Source: Podarcis bocagei | Lineage: Eukaryota | Length of the DNA stretch: 64,000 nt | NCBI GenBank assembly: GCA_964188305.1 | Contig: OZ076898.1 | Direction: 5' to 3' (one strand) | Part shown: one piece after another, positions 11,533 through 24,643 of the stretch | Position numbering within the stretch: position 1 is the first letter of the stretch | Layout: each line of letters begins with the position of its first letter | Translations under genes and position numbers: made by a program | The notes under the pieces: model-generated | The model's database searches: none | Told to the model about the DNA's origin: nothing | Seen by the model: only the letters and a program-made list of their open reading frames with translations

Positions 11533-12299
11533 CTACACCACAAGCAGGCAGGAGGAGGAAGGGCACAGGGGAAGTGGTGAGGGGGCAGGTCTAGTATGTT
11601 CCAGTGTGTTTCAGTGCATCTGGTTTGCACACCGTGCTTAGGAGAAGGGTGTGTGTGTGTTTGTGTGTAAGTAACACAAACACTTTGCTAGTTTACAGAC
11701 AGGCAAGGGGAAACTATGCAGAAGTTATGAAATGCCAACAGACCTATAACAGTAACAGGGGAAGGACGGGTGTCTCAGGAAATAACTCGAGGGGGTGGTG
11801 TCCAATGCTAACCTTACTCAAGGCCCATGGAAACCAATGCTACACTTTTGAACTCTCTACCTAGTGGCATCAGGCAGGCTCTTGTGTTCCACTATGTTTG
11901 TGAGTGCTTTGAGTGGTATTTAGTTTATTACTGTTTCTATTTTTATATTAGTTGTTTTTCCCCTCTTTGTAAGCCACTTCGAGGCTAGTGGGGGTATGAA
12001 AAATTATTTCATAAATTTTATGAAATAAGTAATAGACATAACTAACTTAAGTTTCAACGTGTAGCCGCTGAGCACGGCCCAAGATCTCCAGCCCTCTTAA
12101 GCTTACATCGGAAATTTACCAGGTGCTTAATTCAAGCATTCAAGTATCCCGACTGGCGGCAATCGTCCATGATCTAAAACAGATGCGTTTCCTAGCCCCG
12201 CTACCCTCAAGATCCTTACAGCTTGATCTGCCTATTTCTTTCAGTCCGCTTATACCACCTTCTTCCCATAATGGAGCTGCAGGCAGTAGACACGGGATT

Positions 12300-12960
12300 C
12301 CGCCTGACCAGCCCCGACCTGCCTAGATGCATCGCGCGCCCTCGGGGGGCAACAGGATCGTCTGCCAGCAAAGCGCCCTGCCTGGCCGAGGTATGCTTGT
12401 CCTCCCGACTCTTCGCAGCTGCTTTACGCCACAGTCCTCCTCCCGACACCCCTGTCCACGCCAACATGCAGTCCTGTTTCTGTGCTTAACAGGCACCCCC
12501 GTTTCCACGTCCAGCCCATGCACACGATCCCAGCACCAGCCTAGGCGACCTACGACCACCACCCGCGCCTCTCCTTTCTGCAATCGTTGCTCTGTACTTC
12601 CTTCATCGTGCCGAAGTCCTCTCCGTTAATTCCCCCCCCCCATGTCTCACTTCCAACCCTCCCTCCTCGCTTATTGAACACTGCACGCTCTTTTTAAAAT
12701 AAAATGTTTAAAAAGGGCGCGGCTCTGGTGCCTCCTCGTCTTTCACACCTTCTATCCAGCTGCACCCCGTTTTCGGCTTACTGTCTTGTTTTGTTTTCTT
12801 GCAACGACCCGCCTAAGCTGCTGTTGTTGCCGCGGCCCCTTTAAGAATGTCCGAGCCCGAGCGCTTCAGCTTTAAAAGGGGGTGGGATTTTCTTTCCCAC
12901 GTGATCTCAGTTTTTCTCGGTTGCGTGAGCCGTGCTGGCTGATGGGAAATGCAGTTTCGA
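12300..12960 (-). promoter_or_regulatory. SNX11: SNX11 CpG-rich promoter and candidate non-coding exon 1 (donor at 12782|12781 gtaagc)
   Basis: Local CpG enrichment, E-box CACGTG 12898-12903, ZNF143-like ACTGCATTTCCCATCAGCC ~12937-12955 (minus). Confidence 0.65.
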
Positions 12961-13706
12961 ACCCCAGCTATAATTCATAGCCCGAAAGGACGATATTTCA
13001 GCTGTGCGTTCTGCTTAAAGACCGTGGTTTGCAATTTGCATCCTGTATAAATGCAAACGTTTCCTCCGGATTAATTCATCCCAAACAAATGTATCTGCAT
13101 GTTCTGATCGGTACCTTATTGCATAGCACTACCTTAAGCATGCTTACTCGAAAGTAAGTCCCGCTGGATTATATAGCATTTATAGGATTGTCGGAGTGAG
13201 GGTTGTCTTGAAGAAGTTCTATTTAGAGTAGACCCATTGAAATTAATGACTTGGGGTTAATCATGTCTTCTCTGAGTAGGATTAGCATTGGATACAGCCC
13301 TCAGTTTCCTTTTAACTGACTTTTGCAACATAATCCTATGTATGTCTACTAGGAAGTAAGTCCTGGGTTCAATGGGCCTTCCTCCCTGTATGGGAATGCA
13401 GCCTTAAACATAATTAAGGTGGTGCTGTTATGCTGCAATCTTTTGTGCTTACATAGTTCAAATTGCTTCTGAACATGCATATGGTCAGTCTATTAGAATT
13501 CATGCATCACTGTGTGTGCTGGGGGAGAGACTGGATCCACTAGGCAGGGGAAAGGCTAGGCTGGAATTGTTCTCCCTGTGATTCTAACACTTCCTAGGGA
13601 AGCGTTCAAACTTTTCAATTCCCTCTAGCACACGTGTATATTCTGAAGTGGCAAAGTCCCAAACACAACAATTTCCTCCCTGAAGGTTTAGATTACCGCT
13701 AAGCTA

Positions 13707-13916
13707 CAGTGGTACCTCAGGGTACAGACTCCGCTAACCCAGAAATATTGCTTCAGGTTAAGAACTTTGCTTCAGGCTGAGAACAGAAATTGTGCTCCAG
13801 CGGCACAGCAGCAGCGGGAGGCCCCGTTAGCTAAAGTGGTGCTTCAGGTTAAGAACAGTTTCAGGTTAAGAACGGACCTCTGGAACGAATTAAGTACTTA
13901 ACCCGAGGTACCACTG
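13707..13916. mobile_element. Tc1/mariner-type MITE
   Basis: Perfect TIR CAGTGGTACCTC/GAGGTACCACTG with TA TSD; internal cttcaggttaagaac repeats. Confidence 0.9.
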
Positions 13917-15809
13917 TACTTTAAACACATTCCAAGTCAAAGGACACATTTCACTGAACCAAATAATGTCCCCAGATTTATTCTGTATTAAGAAGGTGCC
14001 TGTTGCTATGATGGGAGATTCAACACATCCCTCTGTTACACTTCTGTCACTGAGAGCTGAGTCATCCAGTGTCATTAATGGAAGAAAGGTTGCCTTCACT
14101 GAAGCCATGTCCTCAAGTTCAGTACTGTACTTTCCCCACTAAGAATGAATAGCAATCATCCACATGAAGGAGGAAAGAAGGGGTTGCAATAGGGACTGCC
14201 TTCAGGATAGGAGCTAAAATGTCCCTTTCTCCCCGTAACTCTAACCTACTTCTATTTCCACAGTCCCTTTCTGAGTTTGTTTCTTGGGGTGAAAACAAAT
14301 GTAAATTTCCTTTTGAGGCTGCAACCCTTGGAATGATCTCCACAAGACTGAGCTATCCTGTATAGATAGGATTGCGCTGTCAGTGGTACAGGTGGCTTCA
14401 GATGTCACTTCCATGTGGCCTAAATACTTCACATCAAATGCTTTTTGAAAGACTAAGATTGCACATTTCCATTTGTCACACAAGTTTTAATTCCCCCAAA
14501 TGCAAAAACATTAAGAATTTCAAGCCTCTATTCATCACTATTTAATATGTGCTAAGATTCTGTCCCTGATGCATTACGCTGCATCATTTATTGTAAGCCA
14601 CTCAAACTCTCTTCTTAAGAAAAATAATTGAAATTTCTAAATCATAAAAGGATTGTGGGGGGAAGTCAGAATATATTGTTATGGTCCATCCTATTCTGTT
14701 GTACAAATGAAGATATATCCTAAGTTCTCGTATATACCCTTCAAGTTGATGGTTTAACAGCAGGTGTTGCTTTTTGTCAGTGGCCTATCATGTTACAGTA
14801 ATTTCTTTGTTTTTAATCTAAAAGTCCAGCTGGAAAGTACCTAAATCCAGGAGACAATGGTTGGTGGCGCTGAGAAACAAGATACTGGATTTTATAGGCC
14901 TTTGGTCAGGTTTGATCCAGCAGGGTGCTGCTTAAAGCCGGATCAGAAGATGCTTTGTCTTGGGGGCTGCTGTTGATTCTGAAGCTGCTGTTCTTACAGC
15001 TTGTGTGCCTACTTGCTTCCCACTTGTTCAACCTGTATATTTTAATCAGTAAATAGAGAAAGTCTTTCGTGCTGTCTTCCCCGGAGGAAATTGATCCTGC
15101 AAAGCTCCCCTGGGTGTGGGAATCAAATTTTCTTTTGCTCACATTCATGTTGAGTCAAAAATAGCTCCTTCCTATTATTTGGGATGTACAGTACTGAGTA
15201 TTGTAATCCACTTCAGCACACAAATTCAGAACAAAAAGAACTACAGTACAGTATGTTCCTGGGTATCGTCCGCCATGAAACTACAACTCCCAGGAGGCAC
15301 AGCAACCTCCTGTTTGCGAGACCCATTCTTGGGTGCTAAGTGCTACAGGGGCGTAGTGTTGTTAGACTGAAAGTCAATGTCGAGTCAGATAGGTAGCAAA
15401 AGGAAAGTCTTCGGACAGTGTAGGAAGTCTGGAAACGAAACTTCTGGGTTCCTTTACCATGCCCCTCTTCGTGCCTATTCATTGGAAGCAATGGAGAAAC
15501 CCAGGATTTTTGCACTGCTGTGATTGAATACCAGTGTGTCCACTTAAAAGGCAGCAGCCATGGCGACAAAAATTAGGGCTTTTCTGATATTTCACGTGAA
15601 GAACTGTCTTTTTTAAACTTTTCAGGCATTAAAAGAAACCTGCCCTGTGTCAATGAAATACTGTACATGCTTCACATACTGCAGAATGGGGGTGGCTTAC
15701 CTTGCAAGCCAAATCCTGCACTCAGTTGTAACACAAGCTTTGTGTTTCATTGGCTTGCATGCAATTAAGCTGCGCTTGTTAAAAGCTGTAATTCTGTAAC
15801 CACTTTCTT

Positions 15810-16672
15810 TTTCTTTTTTCAATTTTTTTATTAATTTTAACAGATATAACATATAAAACATACAAAAGAAAGAACATTACAATACTAAAAGAAAAAAGAA
15901 AACAAAAATAAAAACACATATTCCTTCTGAAGTTCATTTTAAATTCCATTATTAACTGACTTCCTCAAATCCCCCCTAACTGAATTTCATTGTATCACCT
16001 TGTAACAGTTCTCCAAAATCATCTTTCTACTACAATTCAGTTTACTATCTTCATCTCTTTTCTTATTGACTTAAATCCATATTACTATACAACATTCTTA
16101 TTCTAATCCTAGGCCTATTTGATACTTTCAAGTACCTTCTAATTATCTTATATTACAGTATTTAGCTAAATAATCTTTAAATTTATTCCAATCTTCTTGA
16201 TGCTCCTCTTCTTTCTGATCGCAGATTCTTCCAGTCAGGTCGGCCAGCTCCAAAACTCCAACATCTTCATCTGCCATTCTTCTACCGTTGGTATTTCTTG
16301 AGATTTCCAATTTTTGGCTAATAACAGTCTTGCCGCTGTAGTGGCATACAAAAATAGTCTAACATCTTTTTTGGGCAATTCCAATCCTATTATTCCAAGT
16401 AAAAAGGCTTCTGGTTTCTTAACAAATGTATTTTTCAACATTTTTTTCAACTCCTTATAAATCTTTTCCCAGAAGTCCACCACATATGATAAAAAGTACC
16501 TTCTTTTTCTTTACACTTCCAGCATAAATTATCATTTGTATGATAAATCTTTGCTAATTCTACCGGGGTTAAGTACCACCTATACTTCATTTTCATGTTT
16601 TCTTTTAATACCGGGCGTGCAGTAAACTTAACCCCTTTCTTCCACATCCTTTCCCAGTCTTCCATCATTATA
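15810..16672 (-). mobile_element. L1-clade LINE 3' fragment with poly(A) tail and 15-bp TSD
   Basis: ORF2 C-terminus (RWYLTP..LAKIY...CWKCKEKEGTFYHMWW; AARLLLAKNWK) with frameshifts. TSD TGTAACCACTTTCTT at 15795-15809 and 16673-16687. Confidence 0.92.
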
Positions 16673-16691
16673 TGTAACCACTTTCTTGAGA

Positions 16692-16776
16692 AAATAAAAA
16701 AATTCCTTCCAGTAGCACCTTAAAGACCAACTAAGTTAGTTCTTGGTATGAGCTTTCGTGTGCATGCACACTTCTT
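16692..16776 (-). mobile_element. Penelope-like (Neptune-type) 3'-end fragment with broken hammerhead motif
   Basis: Minus strand: aagaa GTGTG catg CACAC GAAA gctc ... gttggtctttaaggtgctac. Flanked by TTCTTGAGA at 16683-16691 and 16772-16780. Confidence 0.7.
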
Positions 16777-16889
16777 GAGAGTAAGCCTCACTGAACTCAG
16801 TGGGTCTAACTTCTGAGTAGAAGACGCATATAGGGTTCTGCTTGGAACCTCTTTCAAAAAAACCACATAATTAGAAAAGAAAAGAGGAA

Positions 16890-17990
16890 GCTTTTGTTTT
16901 CGCGGCGTGTGTGTTTGTGTCTATGCAGGCTGCTTTGCTGTCCATCGCGGCTGTGCTGCGCTCTCAATGGCTACTTGCGTGAAAAGACTCGCAAGTACGC
17001 GACGTACGCGAGTCTATTTCCTATGTCTACGGGTAGAGGAAGGAAAAAGACAACATCCGGTCCCAAAATGCCGCGGGCGAGAGGAGGTCTTGGAGGGAAT
17101 TAGAAAGAGGGGCGTAGGAGGAGAAGCAGGAGCATGCGCAGTGCGTCTCGGCGGGCCGAAGGGGTTGCAGCGCTCTTTTGTTTGGCGGAGGTGGAGCGAA
17201 CGCGGGAGGCCCGTTGTCCAACCGTCGCTCTGTTCTGCTTTGAAACGAGACCGGCTCGCTCCGTGTGCCGCTCGCGCCGTCCTTCTCTCTTCCGCCCGTT
17301 TGTTTTTATTTCCCCTCGTGCGTTGTTGGCGGGGCTGAAGAAGGTAAAACGGGCAGCGCGGGGTGGGGGCGCGCGCAGGGGGCAACATCGCGCGCGCGGG
17401 CTGGACGGCCATATTGGGGGGTGCTGAGGGAGGGGGATATTCCTGGGTGAGCGGGGGCTCCTCTTGGGAAGAGAGGCACAGTATTTATAAATGGGGGCGG
17501 GCTTTTCTGGGCAGAAAGGAAATAGGCACAGTGCTTTCTGAGGCGAAATACGTGAGTTGGGAGTGGAGACGGCTATGGCTCTTCCTAAGTGCGCCTGTGA
17601 GTGTGGGGTCCGAAAAGTGGGGTGTCTATGGGGGGAGGGAAGCGCATAATGTATGGGGGAGCTATTTCAAAAGGGGGAGACGTGAAGTGGGCAGAGCAGA
17701 TGGAGGGGTGCAATGGGAGGGGGGACCCACAAAATGAATCCCCGTGTACCTAAGGTGCGGCATTTGCTGGGGAGCGTGGTTTCATGTGGGAACGGGGAAA
17801 TCGAGAAGGCGTTGGTAGTAAATAACGGTCGGGGGGGGGAGGGGGCGTTAATGAACGCGTACAGGAATGTGGAGAACGGTTTCCTAAACGAAGCTGTAGC
17901 GGTATCATAAATAGGGATGTCCAAATGCAAGGGCCGGTGGAGGGAGCCTGTGTGTGCGCGCCCGCGCATTTTTAATAGGTGTTCGAGGAA
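16890..17990 (+). promoter_or_regulatory. CBX1: CBX1 CpG-island promoter and non-coding exon 1 (donor AAG|gtaaaa at 17343)
   Basis: High CpG density, ETS-like ACATCCGG ~17053, NRF1-like GCATGCGCA ~17132, G-run-rich intron start. Confidence 0.8.
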
Positions 17991-19421
17991 GCTGCTCCAA
18001 AGATGACGATGGGGGGTGATGTGTGGAAGAATGGATGTAAAAAAATACTAAGGAGGGGATGGTTGCAGAAAGAAGTGTGGGTATAGGTCCGTCCGTCCTT
18101 CCCCGCCCCCGAAAGTGGGAGGAAATATGCAGAAAATGGATAATAGGGGTGGGTTTATGTGGAGCTGAGATGGCTAGTTAAGAGGATTTTCCTCTGTTAG
18201 ACAGTTAATAAGGGGAGATGAAATGGTAGGATATTGGGGGGGGGGATAATTCTTCGAGAAACTAACTATGAAAGTAAAGCTGTAGCGACTTTTTCCAAAG
18301 AAGGGGATCATCTGCCCAAGGTGGTAGTGTGAAGTTGGTCACTCCTTTAGTGTAACAAGAACATTGACTGGGGTGCTGGGATTGAAGCTGTTCCTGTGAA
18401 GGAGACAGAAGTGTTTCAGAGTCTGTATTGGAGTGTAGCTGGGCTAAAATGAGGGGAAAACATAAATGGATTGTATACAGATTGTGTAACGACTAATGTG
18501 GGTAGGAAGGGTGAAATTAAAATTTTAAGGTAGGTAGGTGAGGGTTTTTATAAATTTGCACCTCCAAACCAGCATAATCATAGTGCAGTATTGGAGGAAG
18601 GGAAATGGGACCATACAGCTAGGCAGTCTTGTATGTAGTGGTGATTGGATAGAAGAAGATAAGAGTAGTGAGTGGTGAGGGTGTTAATTGACTTGGAAAA
18701 CAGCCCAAATGATCACTGTTGATTTGAAGAGCACTAATAGATAACCAAGTCATGTGGGTGAACAGGTTTAATATTTAAAAGATAAAAAGAACTGGGGTGT
18801 ACTGCAGGGAAATAACTAGGAAACTTAAGATATGTGAATTTTAGTCGATGTGGATCTGTTTGTTAGAGTGAAAGGACCGCATAATGGGGTGCTATTTCGA
18901 ATGTATCTAGGCAGTGGTATTGTATGATGGCTCACATTGGCAAATAGTGTTGCATTTGATGAGAGAGATGTATCTATTTATTACATTTACGCCACATGTT
19001 TCTTCCAAGGAGCTCAGGTTTTGCCCCATTTTTCCCCCTCCCTGTGGTAGGTTAGACTGAGAGGTGGTAACTAGCTTAAGATCACATTGTGAGACTTATG
19101 ACTGTGTAGAAATGAACTTACATTTCCCTAGTCCCATGTCCAGCATTTTATTCCCTATGCCACCCTGATGTATGTTCAAGACACATAAGCATGTAGACCC
19201 AAAAATAAGGGCCCTGTGAGATCAGCCTAAAGCCTATCTAGCCCAGTTCCCTTTTCTCACAGTTAAGTAGCTTAACTCAATATATGTGGGAAGCCAAGAA
19301 ACACAACATAAGTGCAATAGCCCTCTCCTGTTGCTGTTTGCCAGCAACTGGTATTAAGAGGGAAGCAGTATATAAAGCCTTGCTCAGTTCTTACTTATTT
19401 TGCAACTGCTGATAGTAAGTA

Positions 19422-19423
19422 CT

Positions 19424-19490
<67 letters not shown>
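19422..19490. repeat. (CTTT)n microsatellite
   Basis: Read directly from sequence. Confidence 0.95.
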
Positions 19491-19609
19491 AATTCATATT
19501 CCTAAAGTGGCTTACAGTGAACTATAAAATATAAAACTAAAATACAAATATCACAACCTTATAAAACACTGTAACACAACCACAAAGTGGAGAATTAAAG
19601 GCTGTAGAT

Positions 19610-19902
19610 GAGGGTGGTCCAACTTTTCATACCAAGTGGGCCGCAAGAGTACTTCAACATAGAACCCTGGGCTGGGTAGGGAAGCAAGGCCCAAAATTGA
19701 TGCCCCTGCCCCAGCCATCATGCTGCCTTCCCAAAGTCAGATAAGCGAGGCTCTGGCAGGGTCCAAGAGCCCTCATGCCTCCTTCCCAAAGCCCAGCACC
19801 CAGGTTTTGGGAAGGCAGCTCATGGGCTGCCGGGGGGGGGGTGTTAAATGTTGCTGAGAGCCACCCAAAAAGGCCTCAAGGGCCATGTGTTGGACCGCCC
19901 TG
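19610..19902. mobile_element. hAT-Charlie-like MITE
   Basis: TIR agggtggtccaac / gttggaccgccct; degenerate 8-bp TSD ctgtagat/ctctagac. Confidence 0.65.
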
Positions 19903-20704
19903 CTCTAGACATTTCCCTTGATTGGAAAGTATAATTTTTGCTAGCCAGATATATCAGAATTTCCCTACTTTCCTTGCTTAAGGTAAACATGATCTCTTAA
20001 AACTAAGTGTCTGATCCTCTTATGCAAGGCTCCTTTTCTTTGTGATGAACAAACTAAATGAAGTTATTTTTCATTCATCATACATCACAATAGTTCATTT
20101 ATTTTACAGCTTGATACCACAGGTGTCATGCATTGGTCCATTGGGGTGTTTTACTATTAAATATCTAGTAACTACTTTATCCCAGTCAGACTAATTGTAC
20201 TACCCCATCAAACAACATGGGAACAGCACATAGGAGGATGCATTGGGCTGTTTATACCTACAATGCTAGAAAGGTGTTTTTAATGGAAAATACTGAAAAA
20301 GCCATTTTGAAGGTAGAAAAGTGATTAGTGTAGAAGCAGTGGACCTATGCATAGATGAGTTTCAAAAGCATATAAACTTCAGGCCTCCTAGGTTGCATTT
20401 TTCACTTGCTACTTGATTCATGCCCTTCTCAAGTGTGTTTGCAAGGCTGACTGGAGGACAGAGAGGAGTATATGTAGGAACTAGTGTACTGTATAGGTAA
20501 AGGCAAACTTTGCATCAATAGTTCTGCCAACTTTTCCATCTGGCTTCACGCACCATTGGCATAAGGTCCCTGGAAGATTACCTGGAACAGAAGGCACCCC
20601 TCCAGCTGAAAGATTAACAAGGCACACTGACGATAATGCCTATTCATGCAGAGGTAGCTTTGGTTTGGGATGTTAGGGGAGGGGTAGTACCTATGGTGAA
20701 TGAC

Positions 20705-21290
20705 ACGTCGTGCTCCTAGGGTACTTTGTTCAGCTTTGGGTCCCCACCTGCACTCAGCTCTCCACTGCAGCTCCTAGAAGCTCTCAGTATGAGACAGTGG
20801 CCGCAGCGACCCTCACCTGGTTTAACCAACCAGTCAAAGCCATTTCCTGGGGTGTGGCCGCTGTCTCATGCTTTGGAGGTTTGTCAACCTGGGAAGTTAG
20901 CCCATCTAGGAAGACTCTGATCCTACACCTCCAGTGTCTTGTGGGACATCTTCAGGAGAAGAAAAGGCTAAGGAGTAATCCCTACATAAATTCAGAGTGG
21001 AGTCCCTAAGACAGTTGAATGGCATCTTGTATGTCTCCTTTCGGCAACTTCTGCAGCCAACCTGGTGCCAAATGTATTGCTCTGCTTTCATTTGGGACCA
21101 CATCAGCGAGGCCATGGGGTGGGGTCTTGTCATCTGGGCAGCCCAGGATCTCCGTACACACTGTCTAGGCTTGTGCCGCCAATGCAGCAGTTTGACTTTG
21201 CTGGAGACACTCCTTTGCCTCTCAAGACAATCCACTTTGAGTTTGGCTCAAGGGGCCTATAAAAGGAGCTACACCACTTCTGATCAAAGG
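20705..21290 (+). mobile_element. Interspersed repeat, probably a LINE (Vingi/RTE) 5'-region derivative
   Basis: Resembles a recalled squamate repeat (gaagaaaaggctaaggagtaa.ccctac...ggaccacatcagcgaggcc). Family uncertain. Confidence 0.35.
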
Positions 21291-23264
21291 TGGTAGGAAT
21301 TCTGAGGACTGAACTGAACGAAAATTTAAGGTCAATTGAAACCCTTTTCTCCTCATAATAAAGGAACCAAAGTTAAAGTTTCTGGAATCTGAATTGTGTT
21401 GTATTGGGTAGGGTTGCCAGACAGTGGGAAGCCAAGAAACACAATATTAAATGTCTGGGAAAATCCGGACGTATGGCAAGCTGTGTTGGCTGATGAGTTT
21501 TTTGTGATTTACCTTAAAAATAGTTCCCAAATATTTTCCCCCCCCCAAAAAAAACCCCTCAAACTTTGTGCATGTATGTAGGCATCAGTGTGGATAACAA
21601 AGCAGGTCAAAGTAATTGAAATGGGGCCTGATGGAATCTATATAGCCCACTTTCAATTTCTTAGTCATAGGATATACAAGATGGAGTCTGTTTTATAGAC
21701 CACAGGCACCTTTGAAATGTTGTGTGAAGCCCATAGAGATCTCACTAAAACGCTTGATAATTGTACTGAAGCCCATGAGGAATATGAAGTCCCAGTGCTT
21801 CCAGGTCATGCTGGTTAAGAATAAAATTCCTTGTACTTGAAGATGCCCAGCTACTCCCCTCCATACCTCAGAGTAAAAAAAAGATGTTTCTTCCCAACTA
21901 CTTTACTGTTCCTGAGATACACTTCCAAAAATTCTGAGCTTTGGCACTGTATAGGACTAATGCCAAGCTGTGCAGATCACATGTTATTCCCCTCCTGGTT
22001 GGAAGGAGGAAAATGTCTACACAATGTAAACTGGTTTTAAACTAGTTTTAATATGGTTTTCTTCCGTAAAAGAATTTTGGAAACAGTGACTTCATGAGTA
22101 TGCCAAGATCCCAGCATTTGTGAAGGAGACAGGACTAGTTTAAGCTTTGTGAAATTGTGTTCTCTAAAAATCTTCCTTCCTCCCCATTCAGCTGCTGTTT
22201 GTGGGTCTCTTTCCCTAGCCAGCCATCCTTCACTGCAAACGAGACCCATTTCCTCTAAAACCTAGCTGTGCTTGACGGCCCCTTTTGCCTATGTTTTATC
22301 AGACCCCAACTGAGACAAGTGCATCCTCCTGCTGAGAGATGCTTTGCCTGCAGGAGCCCAGCATAGCTTTCCTTTTCCGGTAGACTGTAACTTTTCATTT
22401 CCAGAAAAAGCAAGCTGTTTAATCTTCTTTGCTTGCTGGGTACCCTTGTGGTGCTTCCACCACTCATGGATGCCTTCTCTCCCCAGCACTGCCGTGCTTG
22501 CTGTATAGTCACAAACATAGTCATGTTGTTTCTGAAAGTGGTGGAGGGAGGATATGGTGGGAATTTTTCCTGCTGCAAGCAGAAAGGCCTGGCCTGAAGA
22601 ACTTCAAAGTTCTGCAGAGACACAGTGATTCTGTCTCCTGCAGAGCCTGTTCCTTTTGGAAGAAAAATGTTAGTTTTATGGAGCTTCCTGCAGTTGGTCC
22701 AAGTGTTCAGTATAGGTTAACACTGTCATAGGTTGCTTGGGCAACAAACAAATCGTAGGTTTGGCAGATGGAACATGTTGAGCACAGTTGTGATTCGTAT
22801 GCCATATTTTAAAGTACCTAGAGTTGGGAAAAGCATTAGTTTTTATTCAATTGCATGTTGAGGCAAGGGGAAAATCTTAACGTAAATTCCAGAAAAGGAG
22901 CCATGTATGTCCTGTTGCAGAAAACGGCAGAACCTGATTAGCTGTCATAGGAAAGTGTTCACCATGAGGTGCTGCATCTACTTTTTATTAATCAGTATAT
23001 GTGGATAGATGTTGTACAGCAAGGTTTGGGTTTATGTGGGTCCCATTGATATTGATGCGCTTCAGCGTTTCACTGTGCTTTTGTGACTACATATTGTATC
23101 TCTTTTATTTGTGTCACTTTGCAGCTTCTGGAACATTTTTCCTACACTACATTTCCCTGTGTATTTTTAGATTAAAATGTTTTCATATTAAAAAATAAAA
23201 TGACAAGACAGACAAAAAATTCTAAGTGTCACGGATCTCTGGTGTTGACAATTGCAGTTTCTAA

Positions 23265-23465
<201 letters not shown>

Positions 23466-24643
23466 TAAGGCTGCTTTCCCTTTATTTCAGCTTTGCAAAC
23501 TAATCTTTAAAGGTTAGTAGCCCATAAAATCAGTAGCCTCTTGGTCCACATATACTTGTGGTTAATCTCTTTGCGCACTGGTGTTGAGAGAGGGGAACAT
23601 CTCTTCCGGTTTTCAAAGCCTTGCTTGCCTTGTCACCCAGGAGCTGTTAAGAAGTCTGCTTTAGGCCTTTTTTATCTTGCTCTAGGGTAGGGTGATGTGC
23701 CAGGGTTGCTGAATACCTGCGTCTTAAAAACCAGCCCAGTTTCCCCATCCCATTTCTGGTTAATTCATGGTCTTGAAATCTTCTTTTGGAATTTTTCCAG
23801 ATATGTGTGGGGGTTAATTCTGTTCCTGCAGGAGGGAAAACATGTTTGAGAAACAGGTGTGGTTTTTTCCTTCCCAAAAGTACTTTCTACCTTGAAAATT
23901 CTGTTTGAGGCTCAGTTTGGCTGCAGTTTGTGAGCAAATGAATGTTTTCACGTGTGTGGATGCTTGTATGTGTTCAGAGTACAGGTGAGCCTCAAACTGA
24001 TTGTGTGCTTCTGGGCAAATAAGCAGTCCTCAGTTCTGGTGTAAGGGGTGCTTGAGGGGAAAAGTATCTAAGACTGCTAGTTATGTGTAGGAGAAAGCAA
24101 CCATGCCTAAAAGTATTTATCTGCCTGTTTAGTGTTGAAGCTGAAAATCTGATGTGCTTGTAGAGAAGTTGCAATTTCTGCAGAAGGCTTCCAGGTCTGC
24201 ACTTACACTTTTTCCTTCTCCTAAATAATGCAAATCTGGGGTCCATCTCATTAAGTCAGAACCCAGTCAAGAATAACAGAGAGCTGAAAATCTGGTAGCT
24301 TTACTCTGCCCTTATCACTCGCTATTCTGCCTTAGAGCATAAGTCACATTATCAAGTTTACAACTTTAGGGTGTCTTGTTTGCATTTCCAGAAAACCTTT
24401 AAGGAATCTCAACCCACCATGTCAGGATTCTAGCAGAAATTGCCTATCATTGCAAAAATCTGTAGATTTTAAGTCTTCCCCATTCCTAGAAAAGTCATTT
24501 TCATAGATTTTGTGCCAAGAATTTACAGGTCCCATAACAAGGGAGATAACTTTCTTAAAGGGGCTATTTTGCAAAATAAACTCTAGTTACAAAATATGGT
24601 ATTTTGCAGTCCTGTCCAGCTGATAATAGTTATATGGTTTCAG

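Noticed and set aside
12004-12028. AT-rich perfect palindrome ttatttcataaa-t-tttatgaaataa
   Set aside because: Lies at a decayed L2/SINE tail (similar sequence at ~61030); low complexity.
13890-15700. Exon-like minus-strand segments, considered as a hidden gene or a remnant of the hnRNPA ohnolog that sits head-to-head with CBX3/CBX5 in paralogous clusters
   Set aside because: The best candidate exon (14841-15032) has stops in all three frames and a poor acceptor, and no RRM motifs are visible.
16894-17969. Overlapping Arg/Gly/Pro-rich ORFs at the CBX1 5' end
   Set aside because: Expected by-product of a GC-rich CpG island; no domain similarity.
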